Source: Candidatus Omnitrophota bacterium
GTDB lineage: Bacteria; Omnitrophota; Gorgyraeia; JAHJTE01
Assembly: GCA_040753675.1 (NCBI GenBank)
Contig: JBFMEB010000011.1
Coordinates: forward strand, 1-56,647
Reading direction: 5' to 3'
DNA length: 56,647 bases
A program made the position numbers and the translations under genes. How positions within the stretch are numbered: the stretch's first letter is position 1; each line of letters begins with the position of its first letter. Under the pieces are notes generated by a model that did no database searches, was not told the DNA's origin, and saw only the letters and a program-made list of their open reading frames with translations. Positions 34,318 through 44,138 of the stretch are shown piece after piece.

Positions 34318-34611
34318 TTATTTTCTTTTAAGCCTTGATAAACATCCACATGTGCATATACGGTTTATACGCTGCCTGGCTTTCTCTAACGCACCTTTGT
34401 TAAGTGAATAGTGAATAAAGTAACCCTTCCTTTCATCTTTAACTAACCCCACAGATTTTAAAATCCGCAGATGCTGAGAGACAGCTGAGGCGCTTATCTT
34501 TAAAGCACTGGCAAGAGAATTGACACACATTGAGCCATTTTTTAAATATTCAATTATCTCTATCCTTTTATCGACACAAAATATTTTAAAAAGCTCTGCA
34601 ACGTCTTTCAT
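34318..34611 (-). CDS. ArsR/SmtB family repressor with C-terminal CxCxC
   Basis: FK....KRIEI, MCV..LA, SAVSQHLRILK..GLV, CTCGC. Start set at ATG 34611. Confidence 0.9.
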   Translation of the reverse strand: MKDVAELFKIFCVDKRIEIIEYLKNGSMCVNSLASALKISASAVSQHLRILKSVGLVKDERKGYFIHYSLNKGALEKARQRINRICTCGCLSRLKRK

Positions 34612-34627
34612 GATGCGCCTCAATTTA

Positions 34628-34673
34628 TTTTAGTATATGCTTAAATACTACAACAAATTTATTACTTTGTCAA
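34628..34673 (-). promoter_or_regulatory. arsR promoter with overlapping imperfect inverted repeat (probable autoregulation)
   Basis: TTGACA-17 bp-TAGTAT; a TAGTAT..ATACTA dyad overlaps the -10. Confidence 0.6.
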
Positions 34674-34702
34674 GCCTTTTTTAAAAAGCTACTAAAAATA
34701 AA

Positions 34703-34813
34703 TCAATTAGGCTTATAAGCTCTAATGTTAGCGCAGATGGCAAGTTTATGACCTGTTCGGACATTGCGGCATTTAGAAATGGGTTCTATGTTCCTAAATC
34801 CTGTTTTCTCCAT
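34703..34813 (-). pseudogene. Possible remnant of a methyltransferase C-terminus (ArsM-like)
   Basis: MEKTGFRNIEPISKCRNVRTGHKLAICANIRAYKPN resembles the xGFxxIE...IxAxKP ending of ArsM-type enzymes. Confidence 0.3.
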
Positions 34814-34849
34814 AAGAGCTAGAAACTTAAAGTCTCCATATAGATATTT

Positions 34850-35035
34850 TTATTTTATTTCAAATTTTCTCAAAACCCACATCATTGGACACCAATTTGT
34901 AAATGCAGATTGAAAGAGATTAAAGCCTACAAAGGCAGTAAACCATAGCCACTTGGGACTTACAAAGTGCCCCAATATAAGACTAACCAAGACAAACAAT
35001 CCTGCAAAACCTCTTAAAGCTCGTTCCATAGTCAT
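34850..35035 (-). CDS. DUF2892 (YgaP-like) membrane protein
   Basis: ER.LR..AG, FVG.NLFQSAFTNWCPM. Confidence 0.88.
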   Translation of the reverse strand: MTMERALRGFAGLFVLVSLILGHFVSPKWLWFTAFVGFNLFQSAFTNWCPMMWVLRKFEIK

Positions 35036-35054
35036 GTCTACTACCTCCTTGTTT

Positions 35055-36404
35055 TTAGAAACTATGTCTTACCGTCACATAAATGTTGGTATCTTTTTTA
35101 TGTTGTCCGAATGTAGTATTATCTTCGGCTCCGGCAAAGATGTTCATGCCTATAACTCCAAGGAGATTATCAGTAAAGTTATAACTTACCTCTGGGATTA
35201 TAAAAAAATCCTCTTCATCCAGGCTATAAAATGTAAATAACGAGAGCTTCAACGTCTGATATTTAAGTAATTTTGTAAGCCTTAAAGTAAGATATTGATG
35301 AAGCTCGCTTATCTTCGCAAACGTAGGAGGCAGATTATCTTCGTATTGGCTGTATTGATGCATCAGTTCACTATAGTATTGAATTCCTACTGTAAAATCT
35401 TGGGGAAATGCCTTTTGATATCCGACAAGAAAGCGGGATTGTGAATTATTAATGCCTGGGTCTTTGCCGTTTCTATCATCTAAAGAGTCATAATAACCGT
35501 ATTCTGCGCTTACTACGCCTCCAAAGGCGCTTCTCTGCGCGCTTAGGCCATAGACGGCCAATTCTGGGTAGAATTGAGAGATAGTGGAAGGAGAATTAAA
35601 ATTATCTGCTTTCATTCCGGCTGTTCTAAAAAAGCCCTTGTAGGCATAGGCTCCAAACTCAAAATCTCCGATATTACGGTAAAGCCTTAAAGCATATTCC
35701 ATGTTCCCGAATTTTTCAAAGGCAGAATCTGGTTTTTCGAGTTCTCTATTTGGTATATTCGGATATGGGTCAAAGAAGTGGAACCTCCCAACTGAAGGTA
35801 AATCATCTGCCTGAAAATTTGGCATTATAACGGCTTCAGCAGAAACAATATCAGAATAAATATCCAGCTTTAGGCTATCCATTCCTATTTTTAAGTATTC
35901 TAATGGCCTACCAGAGTAAAGTGCCTCCCAGTCTTTAGGGAAAACATCGTTAATAAAAAGAAGATCTCCCACTCCCCAGGTGTATATCTGCCTGCCGACT
36001 CTTAAACCAAATTTGTCTTCCATAAAATCGAGATACCCTTCCCGGAAATCAAAGGTCCAATCTTCTTCTACCCAATCATGGTAAAAATCAGATTTTACAA
36101 ACATTCCTATTTTGCTTTTTTGTGGATAAAATGAGGCTTTAAGCTGCGCTCTTTCTTCGCCTAAAATTAGATTTCCCTGCTTTGCTCCCTGCGGGTTATC
36201 ATCGTTGGCTCTAACAGAATAATTTGTCTGCAGAAACCCATGTAGAGATAACTCTTCAGCAAAAGAGAAGGCAGGTAATAGAAAATGATAAATTACAGGC
36301 AGCAAGCACCAAATTCCAAATAAGCACCAATGACTAAAACCAAAATAAAAAATGTTTGGAATTTGGAATTTGGAATTTATTTGGAATTTATCTATCGTAT
36401 CCAT
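35055..36404 (-). CDS. Outer-membrane beta-barrel protein (DUF1302-like); true start uncertain
   Basis: REGYLD, LRVGRQ..TWG..D, terminal Phe; follows LolA-like and MMPL genes. Confidence 0.7.
   Translation of the reverse strand: MDTIDKFQINSKFQIPNIFYFGFSHWCLFGIWCLLPVIYHFLLPAFSFAEELSLHGFLQTNYSVRANDDNPQGAKQGNLILGEERAQLKASFYPQKSKIGMFVKSDFYHDWVEEDWTFDFREGYLDFMEDKFGLRVGRQIYTWGVGDLLFINDVFPKDWEALYSGRPLEYLKIGMDSLKLDIYSDIVSAEAVIMPNFQADDLPSVGRFHFFDPYPNIPNRELEKPDSAFEKFGNMEYALRLYRNIGDFEFGAYAYKGFFRTAGMKADNFNSPSTISQFYPELAVYGLSAQRSAFGGVVSAEYGYYDSLDDRNGKDPGINNSQSRFLVGYQKAFPQDFTVGIQYYSELMHQYSQYEDNLPPTFAKISELHQYLTLRLTKLLKYQTLKLSLFTFYSLDEEDFFIIPEVSYNFTDNLLGVIGMNIFAGAEDNTTFGQHKKDTNIYVTVRHSF
36308..36389. repeat. 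Heptamer-based (TTTGGAA/TTCCAAA) tandem and inverted repeat element
   Basis: TTTGGAA x3 plus TATTTGGAATTT, complementary to AAATTCCAAATA at 36311-36322. Confidence 0.75.
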
Positions 36405-37201
36405 TCTAAAGGCGGTCTCCTTAAATAACGCTCAGAAAAGACATCGTCTCCTATCCCTAAATTATATTCAACTTCTTGAAAGGTTGCTTCTGTGCGATGG
36501 CCGGTTTTTATATTTTTCATTACCCTTTTAGTCGCGGTTAATATGCCATTTATATCCTTTATCTCTTGCGCCTCAAATTGCCGGTAAAGCTCATTCTGTT
36601 TGTCGTAAAATTCTTCCTTTAAAGGCAAAAAATTCGTTTCATCAATCCATGATATTCTCTTTGTATACTCTGAGGCGCCAATAGGCATGCTTTCGATCAC
36701 AAAACAATTTTTGCCGTTTAGTGTTTCTTTTCTTAATAGGGTATGCTTATCCTCATCTGGCTTCCTGCCAGAGACATCTTCATAGGTAAAATCACTGCCC
36801 ACAAAGCTGGAGTATTTATCGTTAGCAGCGATTCTTTTGACCAAATTGATACTAGGTATGAATAACCAGCGGTCATCGTCTCTATCGGGGTATTTATAGA
36901 CCATAAAGGTGGTATCCTTTACATCGGAAGGCTTATGAAAGTACATAAAATATTTCTGATTCCCCCCTTCTCCAAGGTTCTTTCTTAACATAGTAAGCTC
37001 TCTTATCCTTTTTTGCCCATCTTTATTTATAAGCTCCATCAACACCTTTGCTTTCATATCATCGCCAGCGTAATAAAAAACAAACCTCGATTTAGCGATA
37101 ATGTCATCGGCGGATAATTCGCCTTTAGCAAAGGATACCTTCCCGGCGAAACTGGCAAAAATTAACAGACTAAGTACAAAAAGCATCTTAATCGTTCTCA
37201 T
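36392..37201 (-). CDS. Outer-membrane lipoprotein-sorting (LolA-like) protein
   Basis: Signal peptide; F..PSDVK.T.F, DDRWLFIP, SFVGSDFTYED. Confidence 0.85.
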   Translation of the reverse strand: MRTIKMLFVLSLLIFASFAGKVSFAKGELSADDIIAKSRFVFYYAGDDMKAKVLMELINKDGQKRIRELTMLRKNLGEGGNQKYFMYFHKPSDVKDTTFMVYKYPDRDDDRWLFIPSINLVKRIAANDKYSSFVGSDFTYEDVSGRKPDEDKHTLLRKETLNGKNCFVIESMPIGASEYTKRISWIDETNFLPLKEEFYDKQNELYRQFEAQEIKDINGILTATKRVMKNIKTGHRTEATFQEVEYNLGIGDDVFSERYLRRPPLEWIR

Positions 37202-39504
37202 TTTGAAACCTCCTTCTGGAACAATGAGTTACCCCATAATCTCATAATCGCTGGCAATAAAATTAAAGTAGCTAATGTGCTGAATACCATTAGAAGGGCA
37301 AAGAATGTCCCTACGGTTACATAGGGAGTAAGCGTAGAGGTTATTAAAGGCAAAAATCCTAAGGAGATGACAATGGCATTACCCATTATAGCCCTATACG
37401 GCTCACCAGCCATAAATGTGTTAGTGGCTTCTAAATCTTTAAATTCACGATATGCCGCCTTAAATCTCTGCAAATAGTGTATGGCAAAGTCAATGGCCAT
37501 CCCAAGGGCTAATGCACCGCAGACAGCAATAGGCATATCATAGTCCTTGCCCGCAAAACCCACAAGCCCATAGGAGGATACGATCGCAATAGTCAATGGC
37601 AGCATTGAAATAATGCCTAACCTCAAAGAACGAAATTCCAAGACCATAAGTAAAAATACGATAACAAAGCTTCCCAGCACTGCCTTAAGCATGCCCCAGA
37701 CCATAAGATTCTGCCAGACCTTATTTATATAGGTAAGGCCGGACCATCTAATAGTTATATCTTTAGGCGGAGCGTTTTCTTTCATAAAGTCGTAAGCAGA
37801 ATGCTCAACCTCACGCATCTGGGTGTTATCTCCGCCTTTCATCTGAATCCAGATATTTGCCTTTTGAGAACTGTAATCCAAGAAATTGTCAAGGTCGTTC
37901 GGATCTCCTGTCATAGAAAATAAGAAAAGATATTGGCCGATCTCCTGTTGGTTGTCAGGCACAGTGTTAAATGACTTATTTTCGTCATGCAGAACATAGT
38001 TTATCCTTTTCACAATATCCGCGACCGATGAAGTTTTGCCAACAATTTTTAGGCCTTCAAGGTGACTTTGCAATTTGTCTAGGTAAGACATTGCCTCTGG
38101 TCTTTTTATCACATCTTCTTTGTCTCCTTCTGCTGCTAAATAAGCCATATAGGTTCCGCCAAAAGATTTATTCATAACATCATCTGCGATTCTTATCTTG
38201 TGTTTCGGCTTAAACCATTTTACAGGATTGTCATTAATATGAATCTGGTAAATCCCTATGATACCAAGGACAAGAACCAGCGGAGAGGCTAGCAGAATAG
38301 CCTTACTTCTATGAAATGAAAATCTGCCGAATGCCTTAAGAATTTTGTCAAGGATAGAGGCCCTTTTTTGCCTTTTCTCTAAAAAGGCGGCCAGTTTCTC
38401 TTCGTTCATAAGCATGATAAAGGCGGGAACTATTGTATGAGTAAACAGCCACGCTGCCATTATGCCGAAAGCGACAAAAAGGCCAAACACTCTTACAGGG
38501 GGGATATCCGCCAAGGCTAATGAGCCAAAGCCCACAGCTGAAGTAATAGAAGTAAAAAACATAGGCCTATAGAGGTCCTTCATCGTGAGTATCAGTGTCT
38601 TTCTTTTATCTTTAATTAAAGGGTACCGGTCAAAAAAACCGCTCAAGATATGAATATCATCCAATAGGGCAATGGGCATAAGAAATATGGGGATCATCGA
38701 ACTCATAATATGGACGGTAAAACCCAAACCAATCAATAACCCCATTGTCCAGATGACGCTTAACATCGCATCGAGCATGGGCGGAATAACAGCTATACCC
38801 ATTCTGAAGATAAGAAATAGGAGTATCATTATAAAAAATCCTGCCAGAGGTGCGGTGATACCCATCTGGACAAACATCTCATGGCCAAAAGTATCTTCAG
38901 CAACCGGCAGTCCTGCTAAATAATACTTTTGTTCCGGGGCTAATTCTTTTTTAAGGATTTTCTCAACTTCTTTAGATATACGGTAACTTTGGTTTTTGCT
39001 CTCAATAGGGATGTAGATAGAGGTAGCTGTGCCGTCACGAGAGATAATCTTGTCTACAAAGAAGGGATTGCCGTAAAGCGCTTTTTTAAGATTTTCTATT
39101 TCTTCCTGGTTTTGGGGGACTTCCTCCATAAAGCGCTTTACTACCAAGGTGCCGCCTTCCGAAGTCACGTTATCCGAGGTGCGTAAGCTAACCACATCTT
39201 CAATAATTACGCCTTTAATCTTTAAGATATCATCGGTTACCTTGGCAATTCTTTTTAATGTATCTTGGTTAAAAATTCCTTTCTCATCAACTATGCCCAC
39301 TACCAAAAGGTCATGAATGCCGAATTCTTTTTTAACCTTATCATAGAAAATCCTATCAGCCTGCTTTTGCTCAAGCATATTCTCCGGGTCTGTATCTATC
39401 TTCATCTTGGGAAATTGTGCCGCAAAAAAGACTGTGATGATTAAAAACAGTGCTATGGTTGTTTTCGGAAATTTAGTGATTATTTCGGTTAATTTGCACA
39501 ACAT
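37198..39504 (-). CDS. MMPL/RND-family transporter
   Basis: Two repeats of 1 TM + large loop + 5 TM; DDIH and IDFAIH motifs, TSAVGF.SL. Confidence 0.9.
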   Translation of the reverse strand: MLCKLTEIITKFPKTTIALFLIITVFFAAQFPKMKIDTDPENMLEQKQADRIFYDKVKKEFGIHDLLVVGIVDEKGIFNQDTLKRIAKVTDDILKIKGVIIEDVVSLRTSDNVTSEGGTLVVKRFMEEVPQNQEEIENLKKALYGNPFFVDKIISRDGTATSIYIPIESKNQSYRISKEVEKILKKELAPEQKYYLAGLPVAEDTFGHEMFVQMGITAPLAGFFIMILLFLIFRMGIAVIPPMLDAMLSVIWTMGLLIGLGFTVHIMSSMIPIFLMPIALLDDIHILSGFFDRYPLIKDKRKTLILTMKDLYRPMFFTSITSAVGFGSLALADIPPVRVFGLFVAFGIMAAWLFTHTIVPAFIMLMNEEKLAAFLEKRQKRASILDKILKAFGRFSFHRSKAILLASPLVLVLGIIGIYQIHINDNPVKWFKPKHKIRIADDVMNKSFGGTYMAYLAAEGDKEDVIKRPEAMSYLDKLQSHLEGLKIVGKTSSVADIVKRINYVLHDENKSFNTVPDNQQEIGQYLFLFSMTGDPNDLDNFLDYSSQKANIWIQMKGGDNTQMREVEHSAYDFMKENAPPKDITIRWSGLTYINKVWQNLMVWGMLKAVLGSFVIVFLLMVLEFRSLRLGIISMLPLTIAIVSSYGLVGFAGKDYDMPIAVCGALALGMAIDFAIHYLQRFKAAYREFKDLEATNTFMAGEPYRAIMGNAIVISLGFLPLITSTLTPYVTVGTFFALLMVFSTLATLILLPAIMRLWGNSLFQKEVSK

Positions 39505-39837
39505 CTATTTTCCTCCCTTTAATAATTTCTCACCTTCGGCCAATTGTTCAAATAGAACTTGTCTTAAGATATCGCAGGCCTTGATCATCTTTGGATTGGC
39601 AACTTTGTAGTAGATATTTAAACCGGCTCTGCGGGTAGATACGATCCTGCGTTGGCGTAGGATACTTAGGTGTTGAGAAAGATTTGCCTTGGGTAATCTT
39701 AATTTATTCCTCAGCTCTTCAACTGACTTTTCTCCTTCACGCAGTAGATTCATAATCTTTAGTCGTGTGGGATTAGCCATACTCTTACAGACCTCGGCAT
39801 GCATCTGGAAAATTTTTTCTTGCGTAATTCTGTTCAT
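39505..39837 (-). CDS. ArsR/SmtB family repressor
   Basis: CKSMANPTRLKI, NLSQHLSILR, YY; two Cys. Confidence 0.9.
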   Translation of the reverse strand: MNRITQEKIFQMHAEVCKSMANPTRLKIMNLLREGEKSVEELRNKLRLPKANLSQHLSILRQRRIVSTRRAGLNIYYKVANPKMIKACDILRQVLFEQLAEGEKLLKGGK

Positions 39838-39865
39838 TCTCTATACTCCTTTTTATGATGGTTTC

Positions 39866-39917
39866 ATAGTTTATATATATCGCAACTATTATATTATCAA
39901 ATCTATTATACTGTCAA
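39866..39917 (-). promoter_or_regulatory. Promoter and probable operator of the arsR-MMPL operon
   Basis: TTGACA-18 bp-TATAAT, with an ATAGTT-N12-AACTAT dyad (39866-39889) abutting the -10. Confidence 0.6.
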
Positions 39918-40021
39918 GAGAAAAATTGAGGGTTATTAGGAATTGATGGGGATGGTCTGCCTGTATCTTTGGCTCAGTAATCTTACCGAAATCCTAGGAT
40001 TCTTGAAATTAAACACTAAAA

Positions 40022-41944
40022 CTAAATCAATTCAAGTTTTAGTTGTTCTATTTCTGCATCAATATCAACTATTCTCTTTTGTATTTCCTTAAGTCTGCGG
40101 CCATATTCTTTGACAGTCTCCTCATCCCTATAGATACGCGTATTAGACAGCGCCCTTGCCTTGGCATAACTTTCGAGGTTAAGGTTTTCCTTCTCCTGAA
40201 TAAGCCTGCTGATTTTACTATTGATAAGATTGTTGTGAGTTTTTTGCCTTTCCTGTTCTTGCTTACGTAACTTCTCTTCCTCTTTTGCTTTCTCTTTTTT
40301 TAGATCTATTTCTTTGTGCCTGGGCTTTAACTTCTCTTTGGGCTCGACTTTTAAGATTCCATCTTTGGCTCTCTTTTCAAGATAGTAGTCAAAATTCCCT
40401 GGGAATTTCGTTACGTTGCCGCTTTTTACCTGGAAAACTATATTAGCCAAAGAACGTACAAAATAAATATCATGGCTTATAAAACAAATTGTCCCCTGAT
40501 ATTGCAATAATGCCTTTAGTAACGCCTCTACTGCATCCACGTCAAGATGTGTTGTTGGCTCATCGAGAAGAAGAAAATTCGGAGGATTTATTAAAAGTTT
40601 AGCCAAGATAAGCCGGCTTTTTTCTCCACCTGAAAGAACTTTTACCTTTTTATCCGAATCATCACCCGTGAATAGAAATGCACCTAAAATTGTTCGCATT
40701 GCTTCTTCAGACATATTAGAACTGGCAGCAGTGTACGCCTCTTGTAGAACTGTATTGGCAGGATTTAATACGTCCATTCGTGTTTGCGAAAAATATCCTA
40801 TCTCTACATTATGACCTACAACGCGTGAACCGCTATCAATATCAATTACACCTGCTAAAATTTTTAAAAGCGTGCTTTTGCCTGCGCCATTTTCTCCTGT
40901 AAAAACGGCCTTTTCTCCCTGTTCTATTTCAAAATCAAAATCTTTGTAAACCTGTATATCTCCATATGATTTTGAAATTTTTTCTAAGCGGATAACTCGA
41001 TGGCCGCTCCTACGAGTAGGAGGAAAATTAAAATTCCTAATACTTTCTCGTGGATCAGGGGGGAGTAAAATTTGAGGCATTCTTTCTAAGGCAGTGCGTT
41101 TGGCCCTAACCGCAGCTGCCTTATTTGGCTGGGCGTGAAAACGGCTGATGAATTTTTCAAGTTGCTCGCGTTTCTTCTCGGTCTCTTTAAACTGTTTTAA
41201 AAGAAACTTATGTTTTTCTTCCTGGATTTGACGGAAATGCTCGTAGTTACCACGTACTTTAAAAATGGCTTTATTCTCTAAAACCAGCGTATAATTTGTT
41301 ACCTCATCTAAAAATGCCTTATCATGAGAAATCATAACAAACGTACCTTTAAAACCATCCAGAAAATCCTTAAGCCATAATGCTGCTTCCAGATCCAGGT
41401 AATTTGTCGGCTCATCTAACAATAAAAGGTCATGCTGATTAGTCAATAGCCGTGCTAATAAAGTGCGCATCTGCCATCCGCCGCTAAGTTGGCTTATGGG
41501 CTTATTAAAATCTTTTTCTTTAAAACCCAAACCCATCAATACTTTTTTTGCTTTATGCTCCAATTCAAAATAACCCAACACCTCTAACTCATGTAAAATT
41601 TCTCCATAACGGGCTGAACCTGCCTGGCTTTTAACTTCCAATTCTTCTTTTTCTTTTTTAAGGAGCATTATTGCTGTATCGCCCTCGACTAATTCTCTCA
41701 ATACGCTATGCTCTGATTTAAAATTAGATTCTTGAGGAAGGTAACCTATGCGTATACCACTATTAATATGAATCTCTCCGGAGGAAGGCTCAGCCTCTTT
41801 AAGAAGCATAGAAAAAAGAGTGCTCTTTCCCGAGCCATTTGGCCCAATAAGACCTATCTTCTCTTGCCTATTAATGGTTAAGGAAATATTCTCAAAGAGA
41901 GTTTTTTTGCCGTAGATTTTGGAAATATTGCTTATGGTTATCAC
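40022..41944 (-). CDS. ABC-F family ATP-binding protein
   Basis: Two ABC domains (GPNGSGKS/LSGGW/DEPT and GENGAGKS/LSGGE/DEPT), no TM, C-terminal coiled coil. Confidence 0.93.
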   Translation of the reverse strand: MITISNISKIYGKKTLFENISLTINRQEKIGLIGPNGSGKSTLFSMLLKEAEPSSGEIHINSGIRIGYLPQESNFKSEHSVLRELVEGDTAIMLLKKEKEELEVKSQAGSARYGEILHELEVLGYFELEHKAKKVLMGLGFKEKDFNKPISQLSGGWQMRTLLARLLTNQHDLLLLDEPTNYLDLEAALWLKDFLDGFKGTFVMISHDKAFLDEVTNYTLVLENKAIFKVRGNYEHFRQIQEEKHKFLLKQFKETEKKREQLEKFISRFHAQPNKAAAVRAKRTALERMPQILLPPDPRESIRNFNFPPTRRSGHRVIRLEKISKSYGDIQVYKDFDFEIEQGEKAVFTGENGAGKSTLLKILAGVIDIDSGSRVVGHNVEIGYFSQTRMDVLNPANTVLQEAYTAASSNMSEEAMRTILGAFLFTGDDSDKKVKVLSGGEKSRLILAKLLINPPNFLLLDEPTTHLDVDAVEALLKALLQYQGTICFISHDIYFVRSLANIVFQVKSGNVTKFPGNFDYYLEKRAKDGILKVEPKEKLKPRHKEIDLKKEKAKEEEKLRKQEQERQKTHNNLINSKISRLIQEKENLNLESYAKARALSNTRIYRDEETVKEYGRRLKEIQKRIVDIDAEIEQLKLELI

Positions 41945-41972
41945 GATTATTTAGAAATGTCTGCTTAAAATC

Positions 41973-42012
41973 AGCCCGTATGACTTCCTCCGTGAGGAAT
42001 TTCATACGGGCT
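41973..42012. terminator. Long hairpin after the repeat-protein gene (probable terminator)
   Basis: AGCCCGTATGA...TCATACGGGCT with an inner TTCCTC/GAGGAA stem. Confidence 0.65.
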
Positions 42013-42047
42013 AAAATGAAAATCAGAAAATATTTAATGCTGCTGGC

Positions 42048-42806
42048 TTATTTTCTTCGGCCAGCTCCTTTACCTGCGCCAATACCTTTTTTCATACCTT
42101 GAGCAGGGCCTTTATTGTGACCTTTTATATCATGGTGCCTATCGCGTATATCTTCCTTACGATCTCGTCGGTCCTCGCGCCTGTCCCAGCGGTCTTCTTT
42201 GCGGTCACGCACATCTTCGCGCCTGTCACGGATGTCTTCCCTGCGGTCGCGGACATCTTCTAATCTATCCCTTACTCCGCCGTGATGTCTGGCATCCCAT
42301 ACATCCTCACGTCTATCCAGAATGTCTTCTTCGCGGTCTCTAATATCCTCGCGCCTGTCCCAGCGGTCTTCTTTGCGGTCACGCACATCTTCGCGCCTGT
42401 CACGGATGTCTTCTATTTTGTCCTTTGCATGTGGAGGTAATGGCCTTGCTGCTTTCAAATCCTGTTTTAGTTCCCTGCGAGTTTCGTGTAACCCTTTAAT
42501 ATCTTCGCGCATCTGGCTAACATTTTCTTGGTGCATAGCTTTCAATTGTTCCCTTAATTCCCTGGCTCTCTCATGATCCCCTGCCTGTATTGCCTGGTGT
42601 ATTTCTTCTCTTAATGCTTGCTCTTCTTGGCGCGCATCTTTAGAGTTCTGTATAATATCTTGCCTCTTATCCTTGAGCGCTTTAATATCGCTTTTAATTT
42701 CATCTTTTGGAGTAGTTGAAGTTGATGCAGGCTCTTGAGCAAAACCTAGCGTTGAGAATATACAAAATATTACCAAGCAACCAACTACCAAATCTATTCT
42801 TCTCAT
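42048..42806 (-). CDS. Secreted highly charged protein with heptad E-D-x-R-D-R-R repeats
   Basis: Signal peptide ending GFA/QE, coiled-coil region, more than a dozen heptads. Confidence 0.8.
   Translation of the reverse strand: MRRIDLVVGCLVIFCIFSTLGFAQEPASTSTTPKDEIKSDIKALKDKRQDIIQNSKDARQEEQALREEIHQAIQAGDHERARELREQLKAMHQENVSQMREDIKGLHETRRELKQDLKAARPLPPHAKDKIEDIRDRREDVRDRKEDRWDRREDIRDREEDILDRREDVWDARHHGGVRDRLEDVRDRREDIRDRREDVRDRKEDRWDRREDRRDRKEDIRDRHHDIKGHNKGPAQGMKKGIGAGKGAGRRK
42172..42413. repeat. Perfect 68-bp direct repeat (42172-42239 and 42346-42413) within a 21-bp periodic coding region
   Basis: Compared base by base; offset 174 bp = 58 codons. Confidence 0.9.
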
Positions 42807-42896
42807 ATCTGCCTCATTTTTTATCTAGCTGTTATTGCCTTGCTAAAGATTAATTTTATAACACTAAATACTTAAAATCAAGACCAAAAGCAGCAC

Positions 42897-44138
42897 CTAT
42901 GAATTTAACAAAACTTCTCTTCTTAAAATAAAAAAGAACATTATAGCAATAACCTCTATGATAACCGCAAAGCTGATAAGTAGGGCTACAGAATAATCAT
43001 AGAGTAAGCCCATAAGCGAAGTACCTACAAATAAGGCCAAACCATAACCCGTATTAAAGACTCCATAACCCGTGCCTCTTTTCTTAAGCGAAGTAATATC
43101 AGCAATACTCGAGCGCATTATGGTCTCGTGCGCTCCCATTACCAGTCCCCAGATAAGCACACTTATAATTGCCAAAAAGGTACTTTGTAAAAATAAAAGC
43201 ACAGGTATCAAAAGAGACAATACCGGAATCACGATAAGGACAAATAACCCTCCTCTTCCGTTCTTGCTTTTAACCTTTAATCTATCGTAAATCTTTCCGA
43301 TTATTAATGCGGCAATTCCATCTACTGCCATAGCGATTGCGTAAAAGATAGGAATCTGGGCATCGGTAAAAATATTTCTCGCTTTGAAATGAAAGGCAAT
43401 TAAGACGAAATTCAAGAAGCCTACTGTTGTAATAAAACTAAAGATTACATATAACCAGAAAACTTTTGGCAGCTTTTCTGATTCTTTAGCTGTTTGTCGG
43501 GAAGTTTCGAGTTTCTCTGGCTGCGGCATGCGAATATAAGATAAAACCAAAACCGACATCATCAATATAAACGGAATCCAGAGAAATCTATAGCCAACCT
43601 GATAATTTGAAATATTTTCCCTGCTAGATTTAAGGATAAAAAATATTGCAGCAAATATCAGCGGCCCGGCAATCGCTCCGATCTGGTCCATTGCCTCATG
43701 CAAACCAAACCCAAAACCCGTGCCAACCTGTTTAGTGGCGTGCGAGAGAATTGCATCCCGGCTGGGGCTACGGATAGCTTTACCGATTCTCTCTGAAATA
43801 ATCAATAAGGCAACAACTTGCCAGGAGCTGGTTAAGGAAATCATAGGCACGCTTATTATCAGAAAATATCCGGCTAAGGTAAAAAACCAGTAAGCCTTAG
43901 TCTTATCCGATAAATATCCGGCAACTAAACGGATAAAATAACTAAAAAATTCTCCGATTCCGATAATTAAACCAACTGTTGCCGCATTTACGCCCAATAT
44001 ATTCAAATACTGGCCGTTAACGCTGCGGCTGGCCTCATAAACAATATCGCCAAAAAGGCTCACCAGGCCAAAAAGTATGATAAGCTGCAATGCCGCACTT
44101 CTTTTGTTATTAGGATTATTTTCCATGTCGTATCGCAC
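42897..44138 (-). CDS. MFS transporter (start probably MENN at 44126)
   Basis: [38 protein letters not shown]. Confidence 0.88.
   Translation of the reverse strand: MRYDMENNPNNKRSAALQLIILFGLVSLFGDIVYEASRSVNGQYLNILGVNAATVGLIIGIGEFFSYFIRLVAGYLSDKTKAYWFFTLAGYFLIISVPMISLTSSWQVVALLIISERIGKAIRSPSRDAILSHATKQVGTGFGFGLHEAMDQIGAIAGPLIFAAIFFILKSSRENISNYQVGYRFLWIPFILMMSVLVLSYIRMPQPEKLETSRQTAKESEKLPKVFWLYVIFSFITTVGFLNFVLIAFHFKARNIFTDAQIPIFYAIAMAVDGIAALIIGKIYDRLKVKSKNGRGGLFVLIVIPVLSLLIPVLLFLQSTFLAIISVLIWGLVMGAHETIMRSSIADITSLKKRGTGYGVFNTGYGLALFVGTSLMGLLYDYSVALLISFAVIIEVIAIMFFFILRREVLLNS

Noticed and set aside
42140-42420. CRISPR array
   Set aside because: The periodicity is 21 bp, in frame and coding, with no unique spacers and no cas genes.
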